From assembly GCA_944342015.1 (NCBI GenBank), contig CALVMC010000001.1, positions 327,645 to 391,644 of the forward strand: a DNA stretch of 64,000 nucleotides, in the 5' to 3' direction. The notes beneath the pieces are model-generated. The model was not told the origin of the DNA and ran no database searches. It was given only the letters and a program-made list of their open reading frames with translations. Position 1 is the stretch's first letter. Each line of letters begins with the position of its first letter. The stretch comes from an uncultured Clostridia bacterium (lineage in GTDB: Bacteria; Bacillota; Clostridia; Christensenellales; CALVMC01). Positions 49,401 through 57,154 of the stretch are shown here, one piece after another. Position numbers and translations under genes: made by a program.

Positions 49401-52400
49401 TTTCATGCAAAATATAAAGACTTTCAAGCGGATAACTTCCGTATATTTCACCCGAACTGTTATAGTAGAAGAAATTCTTTTGCAGCGAAGTAAGTCCGTT
49501 AAGAACCGTCAAAGAAGTAAGATTTACCTTATTTGCGGAAACCGAAGAATTATCTCCGAAATAATAAGACAACGGAATATCGGTAAAAGTATCGGAAGTA
49601 CCTGTGTCGGTTATTTTTTTGACATTGAAAGGAGCCGTCATTGTCTTTAAGGAAACCGTACCTTTAAGAATATCGCTTCCCACGGAAGTTACATTTGAAC
49701 TTAAATAAATTTCCGTAATACCGCTGTTTACAAAAGCCTCGTCAAAGATTTCGGATACAGAATTCATATTAAGATAAATTCCGGAATTAACATTGTCAGC
49801 GTTTAAAATATTCTGAATCAACTGACCGTCAATCTGCCCTGCATAACGCAAAGAACCTATATCTTTAAAGGCTCCTTGGGAAATTGCAGAACCAACCGTA
49901 GTGACATAAAGTTTATTTTCGAAAGAATAAGCGTCGAATTCGCCGTCGAAAGCAAACACCTGATTGAAAGTATAATCTGACATATTAATTCTGAGGTCGG
50001 ACAAAGAAAGGCAACCGTAAAGAACGGCATTGCCGAAATCGGTAACTTTTTCAAAATTTGCGCCTGTGAGATTAGAACAGTTTTTAAAAGCGTTATTTCC
50101 TAAACTCGTAACATTGTTAAGATTAATTTCGATAGAAACAGTACCCGAAAGAGCGGAGGATAAATTCTGAACCCCCGAGCTATTATCCACTGCTATAACT
50201 GAGGTAACATAGGTATTATTTTCAAAGGCGCTTTCGCAAACGCTGCTGCCGGATACCTTGATTTCCATATCGGCGGAAGGATGAAAATCCGTCCCGAAGT
50301 AGTGATTGAAAGTATAGCCTCCCGTATTGCTGCTATTGAAATAAGCCTCGAAATAAGTTATGTTAACGGCGCCTTTAAAAGCCGATGTCATAAATAAATT
50401 TTGCGGATTTTTACTTGCAAAATCGTTAAGAGTAATGGAAGTAAGATTTAAGCAATTTTCAAAAATTCCCACTCCTGAATCCGTTATATTGGTTAAACTG
50501 TTATTTATCTCGGAAATAAGCGTATTTTTGAAAGCATAATCGCCGATAAAAACAACGGTTTCGGGAAGAGTGGAAATATCGTTGATTTCGGTATTTTCGA
50601 AAGCCGAAGCATTAATAGAAATAACGGTATCTTTTAATCTTACGATTATTTCATTCGCAGAATTTTGAACCGTTTCAGAATCGCTGAAAGAAGCAAGAGA
50701 AACGACGTTTAAATCTTTGAAACAGTTTTCGGAAACCGCATTGCCTGAAACTATAACAGTAAGTCCGTTTGCAAAATTCTGTGTTTCGCCGAAGAAACTC
50801 AACAGCGTTCTTGAAGACAAATCCGCCGAAAAAGTGTTAATGTTAGTGCAACCGGAAAAGGCATTTTGCCAGATATCGGAAGTCAGACTGCCCATGTCAA
50901 CGGTAGTCAACAACGAACAGTTTCTGAAAATATCCGTACCCGTATTTATTCCGTCAACAAGTTCCAAAGAAAGGAATTTCGTGTTTTCGAAAGCAAAGTC
51001 GCCGATAGTTTCGATATTACTGAAATCGAACGAAGAAAGGCTTGTATTTCTGAAAGCCTTTGCTCCTATGGAAATCAAAGAAGCAAAGGAAACGCTGCTT
51101 AATTGATTTGAATTTTCAAAAACCCCTTCGCCCAAAGAAGTAACGGTATCGCTTACAAAACTCAGAATATTGGTATCGGAAAAAGCATAGTCATGAATAG
51201 CGGTAAGAGAGTTCGGAAAAGAAAATGTATCGCTTGAAGAAAAAGTAGTTATCGATTTAAACGCACTCTCACCTATAATTTCGAGAGAAGTTAGATTGGA
51301 TAAATCAACTCTGTTCAAAACGGTACCCGTAAAAACTTCCTTTCCGATTCGGGCGATATTGCTGCCGCCTTCGAAATTGAATTGAGAAAGCGACGAGCAG
51401 TCTTTCAGATAAAAATCTCCTATTTCAGTCACGGTATCGGCGAATTGAGCGCTGAAAGATGTCAGAGAAGAACAACCGTTAAAAACTCCTTCATTTGCAG
51501 AACTCAAAATAATTTGAGACGGAAACTCGATATTGTTAAGATTATTACAATTTTTAAAAGCATAGCTGCCAAAATCTATATTACCTGAAATATTTCTGAT
51601 ATAAACTTTAACTTTTCCCGACAAAGTTCCGTTTGTCGTATCGCTGAAAATAACATTTTCAAGATTAGGCATATCGGCAAAAGCGGAATCGGAAACAGAA
51701 CTACCGCTTGCGTAAATGTTGATATTGTCAATTAAACGGGTACCGAAATAGTCGGAAACGGTATAATCAACAAAGGAAGCGCCGAAATGACGCAAGTTTT
51801 CTAAACCGTAAAGAAAACTGTCCGTTTCGGCACCGGTTATGATAACGCAGTCATCCGGAAGTATTAACGACGATAAAGACGAGCAACCTTGAAAAGGAGC
51901 CTTTAAATTGGAAAAGTCGTGATTGTCATCGCTGAAAGTTACATTTTGCAAGGCAGAAATATAAGAAAAGGAACCGATTGCAAAGCCGTCGTCGGAAGTT
52001 CCCCTGAGTCCGCCTTTAAGTTCGATATCGGAAAGAGCGGTATTTTTGAAAGCATAATTTCCGATAACCGATAAAGAAGACGGGAATTTGAAAGAAGTTA
52101 AGGACGAACAATTTTCAAAAGCGCTGTTTCCGATCGAAGCGACAGTTTCGGGAAGATTCAATCCCGTCTCGGTTGCGGTAAGTTTGTTGTACAGTTTAAT
52201 TGTTTTTAACTTTGAACAGCCATAAAACATTTCATCGGGAACAGATGAAAAAAGTTCGTTATCGTTATCGATAGAAAAAATAACTTCGTTAAGATTAATA
52301 CAATCTTTGAATCCTCCGCCGTTAAAAACGGTACTTGCGCTTAATTCGACAGAGTCCAATTTCTGACAACCCGAAAAAGCATTTGCTCCGATTTCCTCGA

Positions 52401-52935
52401 CATAGTAAGGAACGGACAGAATTACGATGACGGAATTATTTTCAAAAGCATTATCGCCGATGGCTTTTACGGGATAGCCGCCCACACTCTCGGGCACCGT
52501 GAAACGGTTAGAATTGAAATTTTTGTTGTAACCTACTATTACCGCTTTATTATCGTCTATCAGATAAAGCAGATTATGAGTATTATCGGTAAAAACCGCT
52601 TCGACGATAATATGGTACTCGAAATTGAATCCTTGATAACTTACGGTAAGTATATAGTCGCCGGGATTTTGACTATTGAACCCTGATACCATATCGGCAG
52701 TAATATCAACTTTTTCGAAACTGCCGTCGTTATAAGCGACTTGCAGATAGGCGTCTCCGAAGCTTAATTCCTCCCCGACATAATAACTGGTTTTCAGAGT
52801 TCCCTTCATTTCCACATTTACTATTTTTAAAGTCGGTTCATTTGGAGATTTAGGCAAACATGAAGTTGCCGTAAAAACAAAAGTTAAAACAAGAGTTAAA
52901 ACAAGGAAAATACCTATTAATCTTTTTTTACTCAT
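43405..52935 (-). CDS. Giant BspA-type leucine-rich-repeat (LRR_5-like) surface protein, 3176 aa
   Basis: Signal peptide with a weak lipobox (FTATSC), an N-terminal Ig-like domain (VSGFNSQNPGDYILTVSYQGFNFEYHIIV), then more than 100 IGxxAFxxCxxL-type units. No LPXTG motif or C-terminal TM helix. Confidence 0.85.
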   Translation of the reverse strand: MSKKRLIGIFLVLTLVLTFVFTATSCLPKSPNEPTLKIVNVEMKGTLKTSYYVGEELSFGDAYLQVAYNDGSFEKVDITADMVSGFNSQNPGDYILTVSYQGFNFEYHIIVEAVFTDNTHNLLYLIDDNKAVIVGYNKNFNSNRFTVPESVGGYPVKAIGDNAFENNSVIVILSVPYYVEEIGANAFSGCQKLDSVELSASTVFNGGGFKDCINLNEVIFSIDNDNELFSSVPDEMFYGCSKLKTIKLYNKLTATETGLNLPETVASIGNSAFENCSSLTSFKFPSSLSVIGNYAFKNTALSDIELKGGLRGTSDDGFAIGSFSYISALQNVTFSDDNHDFSNLKAPFQGCSSLSSLILPDDCVIITGAETDSFLYGLENLRHFGASFVDYTVSDYFGTRLIDNINIYASGSSVSDSAFADMPNLENVIFSDTTNGTLSGKVKVYIRNISGNIDFGSYAFKNCNNLNNIEFPSQIILSSANEGVFNGCSSLTSFSAQFADTVTEIGDFYLKDCSSLSQFNFEGGSNIARIGKEVFTGTVLNRVDLSNLTSLEIIGESAFKSITTFSSSDTFSFPNSLTAIHDYAFSDTNILSFVSDTVTSLGEGVFENSNQLSSVSFASLISIGAKAFRNTSLSSFDFSNIETIGDFAFENTKFLSLELVDGINTGTDIFRNCSLLTTVDMGSLTSDIWQNAFSGCTNINTFSADLSSRTLLSFFGETQNFANGLTVIVSGNAVSENCFKDLNVVSLASFSDSETVQNSANEIIVRLKDTVISINASAFENTEINDISTLPETVVFIGDYAFKNTLISEINNSLTNITDSGVGIFENCLNLTSITLNDFASKNPQNLFMTSAFKGAVNITYFEAYFNSSNTGGYTFNHYFGTDFHPSADMEIKVSGSSVCESAFENNTYVTSVIAVDNSSGVQNLSSALSGTVSIEINLNNVTSLGNNAFKNCSNLTGANFEKVTDFGNAVLYGCLSLSDLRINMSDYTFNQVFAFDGEFDAYSFENKLYVTTVGSAISQGAFKDIGSLRYAGQIDGQLIQNILNADNVNSGIYLNMNSVSEIFDEAFVNSGITEIYLSSNVTSVGSDILKGTVSLKTMTAPFNVKKITDTGTSDTFTDIPLSYYFGDNSSVSANKVNLTSLTVLNGLTSLQKNFFYYNSSGEIYGSYPLESLYILHEKEIGSDSDFNLVPGALKNLTSLKTLEAPFTGTIYSESVNFTLYDYFENIVTSTQTIALETLIIREGLTEFTIDIFNDPSDTGSQLYIALQNKLQEVVLPGSLEIIGSATEEQNIFSAMNNLQNIELSHGIKTIGIGVFKNCSNLVNVNIPSSVTTICSAAFQNCQNLTTVVFDKFSSGASSNFNITSIGDKAFYNDLKLASVYETTNNGTLSSLSDTQDEGQNSLNSVPSSVSQIGAQAFYNTALINFLLPDSLSSLGEGAFENSSLLTSVYFNSQIMLTEIPKNAFLNCSQLSVFAELLPNAQVQDNNFPSRVSTIKDSAFKNTGSLNSFVFGTQVTSIETNAFSGAFVKPSNLENAQFVIDLKSDALTIGANAFNNCSNVKEIILNVSSDSGISSNAFAGCYNIESFTAPFNSKTLGDYFNVTVPSSSSQLLSATDLYSQYNKLTDIVVKSSSVTSKAFAGCSSVRFIDISAVTANNGIGAYAFANCSSLIGNTQQDSGSNYFSVPDVLTSIPEYAFYKCSSLTEIKFGQDSNVSAFYGYAFYGCSSLTKFSIISGIATSYSAELPSKLTTLFDYSLAKNAFSTVNLSNVTSIGNFVFSDNLSLTSFELSHGITSIGDKIINGCTNIEELTAPFAELSLLSENNATSGSNVNKSYFKSGSMSTKITTVNIIPFGNSKFIKFEALKGNTTVTTVTIDSDIEVINYGAFENCISLEKVLYGGTSQADSKLRTIDYNAFKNCYNLKYFAPASSQIGVSTEGFIDLSATVSGYAISSIGANAFNLDADNDKGTNNFENIKKITFHSEILSIGNFAFANIKGVEKIEFKGEGASGFSIGTNAFSNINNLKKVVTLTGTDTVSEVLKFPDNLVSIGDSAFENAVCVADNAAIEFNLSQNTDQLGNNVFKGCTLLSKIVINAVSSAGFGTGLINGANSLTELTAPFNTMTLAEYYGEEVEEISSQNISDIITTLNDKTFNVQKITTLGNVVCAAAFIGLDADEAEVTIGGSNSKVTLNNFIFAGSSIKKLTLETNINAYSPYMFYNCVNLENIIFPQGMNLAVESVGEYAFYNCQSLNGITLPYSITSIGQFAFYGCDEITSLEKQGDYNFAYTFIGQSAFEGCSSLTTVYLGGVTEIGANTFKGTALTSFDLTNVVTIGAGAFESAIKLTGNPSGYKLTLTSATNIGDNAFKNCDGITEIIFSKSNITLGTGVLSGCSSLQKLTADFSDKILTNYFISGDTSSIPNSLIEIILIGNSVKASAFEGCSSLTTVNLGSVTEIGANAFKGTALTSVDLTNVETVGASAFANIDSLSISNTCLQNIKNLGEKAFYETAIQLTVNSAEATSDNGTGDGGNSEPNQNAIIYLNLTSLTSLGNQAFYKSFVRGEQNSAYSIRLIIPAALSLATFGSLAFAECTAITQLEIAVTGSTNSINFGSSSDENYIFKNCTNLIKLIAPFDTKNLQGSSSAYFTSVAHFTEFEITSTNVKNQAFYQYQPSGFSLYGTKFTVVFQDNSTIGWSAFAGSAILDLKLIGNVNLNHWSFEGSSIESINISGSDLNIGDYSFRNCTDLKTVVLNSQNTTIVAATPGTNAQIFDGCSAITDFTADFSVYKLSDYLTLSSAVSASGEESNPNLINITIVGASVINDAFKDIDLLGTVTLKNTVQSIGNNAFNGSNITSINLSSVSSLGTNVFENCDSLTSVNFGGNSALTSISSNAFYNAVKLSKVLYYDSVDQKDKFGLPSSVKNIGENAFGNTKLQSAINFDNIVSIGDYAFKNAFNSTENGNETATTNESSNFTLQFNSITSLGKDAFSNNNLITTVVFNLTQTTLNYLGDFAFLNCTALASVTLNGSIQIIGYNSFEGCTSLTSINLPSSITEIKNNAFKGCTSLSDLTFNSALTLGTGVFEGVHSFTQIKINVNADLTLTDVPFNELSYKCTIYLPCLTKYPSDYIGELAKYGEKLPLLYIINLSPNAQLKSELAVFGDKYKRNYTVTNSSNSIENV

Positions 52936-52968
52936 AACTTTGCCCTCTTTTTATGAGATTACTGACTA

Positions 52969-52997
52969 ATTATATCATATTAAAAGAAAAATAGCAA
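52969..52997 (-). promoter_or_regulatory. Putative sigma-A promoter of the giant LRR operon
   Basis: Minus strand reads TTGCTA (52997-52992), a 17-nt spacer, then TATAAT (52974-52969). SD AGAGGG lies before the ATG at 52935. Confidence 0.55.
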
Positions 52998-53052
52998 TAG
53001 ACACATAAATATATATATATGAAATAAGAAAATTTTAAATTCCAAATCAAAT

Positions 53053-53078
53053 GGGAATTATTTTTGGGAATTATTTTC
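53053..53078. repeat. Tandem 13-bp direct repeat GGGAATTATTTT(T/C) x2
   Basis: Copies at 53053-53065 and 53066-53078, between the stop of the reductase gene and the LRR operon promoter. Confidence 0.6.
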
Positions 53079-53091
53079 AAATCCGAACAAT

Positions 53092-54225
53092 TCAGCAGTC
53101 TTTAACGACTAAAATCAAATTGCTTAAAGGATACGAACAGCAAGGATGAATATAACCGTATTTGAAATCTGCAATTCGTCTGCCGTCGAAATCATCGGGA
53201 ATATATACCTGCCCTGCCACGATTTTAGTATGACATAAAGCGCATTTACCGCTTCTGCAACCGGAAGGCACATTGATACCGTTTTTTTCCAAAGCCGAAA
53301 GAATGGTTTGGTTTTTCATACATTGAATAACTTTAATACCGTTACGGCATTTAACTTGAATATTAAAAATTTCGGAAGAAACGAATTTCGGATAATTTTT
53401 CTGCGAAATAACATCGACGCTTTGTTTTAAATCGAAAGTTCTGTAAAGTTTAGGAGGATAATTAAAATACTGATTTTTCATATACTCATAAAACTTCTGA
53501 CTTCCCGAAAGAAAAATACTGTACCCTCCTTCCACATTTTCTTCTATCATATCTCTGCTGACTATACCTCTTTTACAACCTGACAGATTTTCGTTTTCAA
53601 GAATGTAAACAACTCTGACTTTATCGGTTCTTGAAGCAATCCAATCGAAAAACCTTTTAAAAACCAGATTTTTAGCCCTGTTACTTTCGTAAAACAAGGT
53701 AAGATTAAAGTTTTCGTCTCCCTCATAAATGGCTTTTGCCATAGACATAAAAGGAAAAACGCCCGAACCGAAAGCAACGGCAACGACATTTGAAAAGTCA
53801 CGAAGTTTTTCGTAATAAAAATTACCGGAAGGAGCGCCGATTGAAAATTTCTGCCCTTCTCTCCAATTTTTTAAAATAAAATTGCCGACTTTATCGCTTA
53901 TTTCTCTTTTCAGAATAATTTTATAAAAACCGCTTCTTGCGTCGAGCGGAGAAGAAACAAGCGGAAAACTTCTTGTAGTTTTCATATCTTTCATTTCTAT
54001 ATCGAAAGTAATAAACTGACCGGGCCTGAAAACGGCAAGTTTTTTTGTTCCTGCAAGAATATCGGGCTTGAAAAGAAATTCGATATACCCCGACTGCAAA
54101 TCGGTAATTTTGGACAAGACCAGATGTTGCACTTTCGGGTGCAATGAAGCTGCGAGATTGTCCACCGTGTTTTCATATTGAACAATTTCGGTGTGCTTTA
54201 TGCTTTTTTCCGTTTTTTTAAACAA
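53092..54225 (-). CDS. FNR-like FAD/NAD(P)-binding oxidoreductase with C-terminal plant-type 2Fe-2S ferredoxin domain
   Basis: FAD motif RSFPLVSSP, NAD motif AFGSGVFPFMS and Cys cluster CRSGKCALC...CC. Only a TTG start (54225) is available and it lacks a clear SD, so the start is uncertain. Confidence 0.7.
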   Translation of the reverse strand: MFKKTEKSIKHTEIVQYENTVDNLAASLHPKVQHLVLSKITDLQSGYIEFLFKPDILAGTKKLAVFRPGQFITFDIEMKDMKTTRSFPLVSSPLDARSGFYKIILKREISDKVGNFILKNWREGQKFSIGAPSGNFYYEKLRDFSNVVAVAFGSGVFPFMSMAKAIYEGDENFNLTLFYESNRAKNLVFKRFFDWIASRTDKVRVVYILENENLSGCKRGIVSRDMIEENVEGGYSIFLSGSQKFYEYMKNQYFNYPPKLYRTFDLKQSVDVISQKNYPKFVSSEIFNIQVKCRNGIKVIQCMKNQTILSALEKNGINVPSGCRSGKCALCHTKIVAGQVYIPDDFDGRRIADFKYGYIHPCCSYPLSNLILVVKDC

Positions 54226-54271
54226 TTTAACAGCTTTTAAAGTTTTGGCTATTTTTTTGTTTTCTTTATTG

Positions 54272-55897
54272 CTATTCGTCTTTCTCTCCTCCGATATTTA
54301 TTTCTATGTAACGGGGTTTTTTATAATAGTTTGCGTCTATTTCGTTCAAGGCAAGTCTGTCTTCTGCGCTGATATGGGAATTTTTCCCGTCCATACCGTC
54401 AAGCATGGAAAGCATAGCCGCCCTGTATCCCGAAAGATAAGCCTGACCGTAACCGAACTGTCTTACGGTATTTCCTCCGCAGAATCTCAGACCGTTTATC
54501 TCCGATTCGTGCAAAAAGGATAAATCATCCATAATACCGTGATATGTACCGTAAAGAAATCCGTAAATATTGCCGTCAGGACAGCCCAGATAATCGGAAT
54601 AAGTCACGGGAGTTGCGATTTCGATTTCCTCGATAAATTCTCTTATGGAAATATTCAATTTTTTTTCAAATGTTTCAATCATCTTTTCGGCATAATCGGA
54701 TTTTATTTTATAATAATCTTTTTCCTTCACTTCTTTCCAAGCATCTGCCGTGAAGAAAGTGTTAAAAACGAGAATGGTCGTACCTTCCGGCGAATAATCT
54801 CTTGATACGACATTCGGACAGGAAACCGTCATCATTCTGTTGGTTTTTAAAGAAGAAGCGTCTGCGAAACTTTTTTGAGTATCCAAAGTATCGTAAATTA
54901 TGTAGTTATAGTTTTTGATTTTCAAATCTTTAAAGGATTTATTAAGTCCCAAAAAAACAGTGAAACCGCATGAAGCGAACTCCCTTATCGAAGTTTTCTT
55001 CAAATCTCTTTCGACGGGATTATCGAGTAAATTTCTGTATACGGTATAAGGGGTAAGATTACTTATGATTTTATCCGCAAAAAATTTTTCGTTTTTATCG
55101 GTTAAAACGCCCTTTACCTTTCCGTTTTCGGTGATAATCTTTTCAACGGCAGTATTGTAAAGAATTTTTCCGCCAAGTTCTCTTATTTTTTTATCGAAAG
55201 ACAAACTTATCGCATAAGATCTTTCTTTCGGAATATAAGGATGTCTTTTCAGATAATTCAGAAAAAGAGAAGCGTAGTGAGAAAAGCGCAATTTTTCCGG
55301 AGGCACGCCGAGATAAATCCAATATGCGCTCAGAACATCCTTAATCTTTTTCGGCATATGTAAGAGTTTAAATACCTTATCAAGAGAATAGGAAGCAAAT
55401 TTAACATAATTGGGATACCTTTTTCTCAAAAGTTTGATATCGGGTTTTCCGTTTGTTTCGGCGATAAAGTTTTCAGCTTCGAGGCATTCGTGACCGAGCT
55501 TGAAAAAAGCGCTTAAAGCGAGATCCGCATCAGAATCCATTTCGAGCAATTTTCCCCTGAACTTCCACACATCGGAAGGGAATTCCATATCTATTTCGTT
55601 ATCGAGACTAATCAGTCTGAAAGCTTCGTCAATCTGCAACCATTGAAGATCGGGCGCAATTCTGTAATTTTCAAAAAATCTTCTGAGTTCACCCTGATTT
55701 TCGTATGCACCGAAAGAATTCAGCTCATGAAGGCTTACATCGAATTCAAATCTGCCTCTTACAAAACTTGTGGAAAAACCGCCGGGAACATTCCTTTTCT
55801 CGATAATCAAAACCCTTTTGTTTTTCTTTAAAGCTGTTACGGCTGCGGCAAGTCCGCCGCTCCCTGCGCCTATAACAATTATGTCGTAATCCTTCAT
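54272..55897 (-). CDS. CrtI/phytoene-desaturase-family NAD(P)/FAD-dependent oxidoreductase
   Basis: Dinucleotide fold DIIVIGAGSGGLAAAV...LIIEKRNVPGG, about 541 aa. The ATG at 55897 is preceded by GGAG, so the ORF-track TTG at 55921 is less likely. Confidence 0.75.
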   Translation of the reverse strand: MKDYDIIVIGAGSGGLAAAVTALKKNKRVLIIEKRNVPGGFSTSFVRGRFEFDVSLHELNSFGAYENQGELRRFFENYRIAPDLQWLQIDEAFRLISLDNEIDMEFPSDVWKFRGKLLEMDSDADLALSAFFKLGHECLEAENFIAETNGKPDIKLLRKRYPNYVKFASYSLDKVFKLLHMPKKIKDVLSAYWIYLGVPPEKLRFSHYASLFLNYLKRHPYIPKERSYAISLSFDKKIRELGGKILYNTAVEKIITENGKVKGVLTDKNEKFFADKIISNLTPYTVYRNLLDNPVERDLKKTSIREFASCGFTVFLGLNKSFKDLKIKNYNYIIYDTLDTQKSFADASSLKTNRMMTVSCPNVVSRDYSPEGTTILVFNTFFTADAWKEVKEKDYYKIKSDYAEKMIETFEKKLNISIREFIEEIEIATPVTYSDYLGCPDGNIYGFLYGTYHGIMDDLSFLHESEINGLRFCGGNTVRQFGYGQAYLSGYRAAMLSMLDGMDGKNSHISAEDRLALNEIDANYYKKPRYIEINIGGEKDE

Positions 55898-56042
55898 AAA
55901 ATCTCCGTAATATTGATGCAATTAAATATTACAACATATAATTTTTAATTGCAATTAAGCGAAAGGCGATAGGAAAAATTAATTTTTCGAGTATTATAAT
56001 ATTTTCGTTAATTTATAATACTTTCAGATTTAATGTAAAATT

Positions 56043-56672
56043 TTATTTTAATTGTTTTATTACTTTTGCAGGGACGCCTACCGCAACACAGTCATTAGGA
56101 ATACTTTTAGTGACCACCGCCCCCGAACCTATAACGCAATTATCCCCTATATTAACTCCGGGATTTATTATAGCGCCTGCGCCTATCCATACATTGTTTC
56201 CGATAGCAATCTCTCTTGCGCTCTCTTTTCCCTTGATTCTTTGTTCGACATTTAACGGATGTTCTGCCGCACAAATCTTTACGCACGGACCTATAAGACA
56301 ATTATCGCCTATAATAACTTTTGCGCAGTCTAAAACGGTCAGATTAAAATTAGCAAAAAAATTCTCCCCTATAAATATATTATAACCGTAATCGCAATTA
56401 AAACCTTTTTCTATAAGAAAATTATCGCCGGTTTTTCCTAAAAGTTTTTTAAACAAACTTTTTCTTTTTTCCCCTTTTTTGTAAGGAAGACTGTTAAGTT
56501 TTTCCAAAATTTTTCTTGCGTAATTTCTTTCTTCTACAAGCTGCTTGTCGAAAGCAAAATAATTCATTCCTTTTAGCATCTTTTCTTTTTCTGTTAAAAC
56601 AGAATTAGTTTTGTTGTTTGAATGAGTATTGTTCTTTTTATCGATAGGTTTTTCTGAATTTTTAATTTTCAT
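56043..56672 (-). CDS. Sugar (maltose/galactoside-type) O-acetyltransferase, left-handed beta-helix
   Basis: N-terminal Mac-like region (EKEKMLKGMNYFAFDKQL) and hexapeptide repeats (IGDNCLIGP, IGNNVWIGAGAIINPGVNIGDNCVIGSGAVV). Confidence 0.8.
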   Translation of the reverse strand: MKIKNSEKPIDKKNNTHSNNKTNSVLTEKEKMLKGMNYFAFDKQLVEERNYARKILEKLNSLPYKKGEKRKSLFKKLLGKTGDNFLIEKGFNCDYGYNIFIGENFFANFNLTVLDCAKVIIGDNCLIGPCVKICAAEHPLNVEQRIKGKESAREIAIGNNVWIGAGAIINPGVNIGDNCVIGSGAVVTKSIPNDCVAVGVPAKVIKQLK

Positions 56673-56790
56673 ATCTCTCCTCCATACATATAATTAAAAA
56701 AATAAACGCAAAAGCGTTTAATACAATTTTATTATAACCTGTCTGCGCTTATATGTTAATTTATAATCTTTGTTTTTAAAAAAATAGTAA

Positions 56791-57150
56791 TTATTCTTCA
56801 AATGCGTTCTCTATATGATTAATATTGTTACCGATAATTTCTATTATATCGAATCTGAAATTAAATCCCGATAATCTGTTTTTTACCATATACATTTTTG
56901 CCATGGAGATATACTTTTTCTGCTTATAATAATCAACGCTTTCAGAAGGTTTTCCGTAACTTTCGTCCTTTCTCCATTTTACTTCAACAAATACTATTGT
57001 ATCGTTTCGTCGAGCTATAATATCCACTTCGCCTATTTTAAAATCCACATTATGTTCCAATACAGCGTATTTTTTCTTTTTTAGATATTTAATGGCTTTA
57101 TTTTCGCCCGATATTCCTTTTACGATATTATTAATTTTTTTCATTATCAA
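56791..57150 (-). CDS. yraN: YraN-family (UPF0102) endonuclease-like protein
   Basis: GENKAIKYLKKKKYAVLEHN...GEVDIIA...VFVEVK matches the YraN pattern. The start is either TTG at 57150 or ATG at 57144, and neither has a strong SD. Confidence 0.75.
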   Translation of the reverse strand: MIMKKINNIVKGISGENKAIKYLKKKKYAVLEHNVDFKIGEVDIIARRNDTIVFVEVKWRKDESYGKPSESVDYYKQKKYISMAKMYMVKNRLSGFNFRFDIIEIIGNNINHIENAFEE

Positions 57151-57154
57151 TTAT

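Noticed and set aside
39252-51588. Many 60-180-aa plus-strand ORFs inside the two LRR genes. The regular ~70-75-nt periodicity of the region briefly resembled a repeat/spacer array.
   Set aside because: The periodicity is the protein-level LRR unit inside continuous 4.7- and 9.5-kb reading frames. The units are not identical at the DNA level and there are no unique spacers, so this is not a CRISPR array. The plus-strand ORFs are antisense shadows.
53009-53020. (AT)6 dinucleotide tract near the LRR operon promoter, considered as a phase-variation switch.
   Set aside because: It lies upstream of the -35, not in the -35/-10 spacer or in coding sequence, and it is short. No evidence for slippage can be obtained from a single sequence.
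38678-53091. Looked for diversity-generating or invertible-promoter mechanisms acting on the giant LRR genes.
   Set aside because: There is no reverse transcriptase and no template/variable repeat pair. No inverted repeats flank the promoter and no recombinase gene is in the window.
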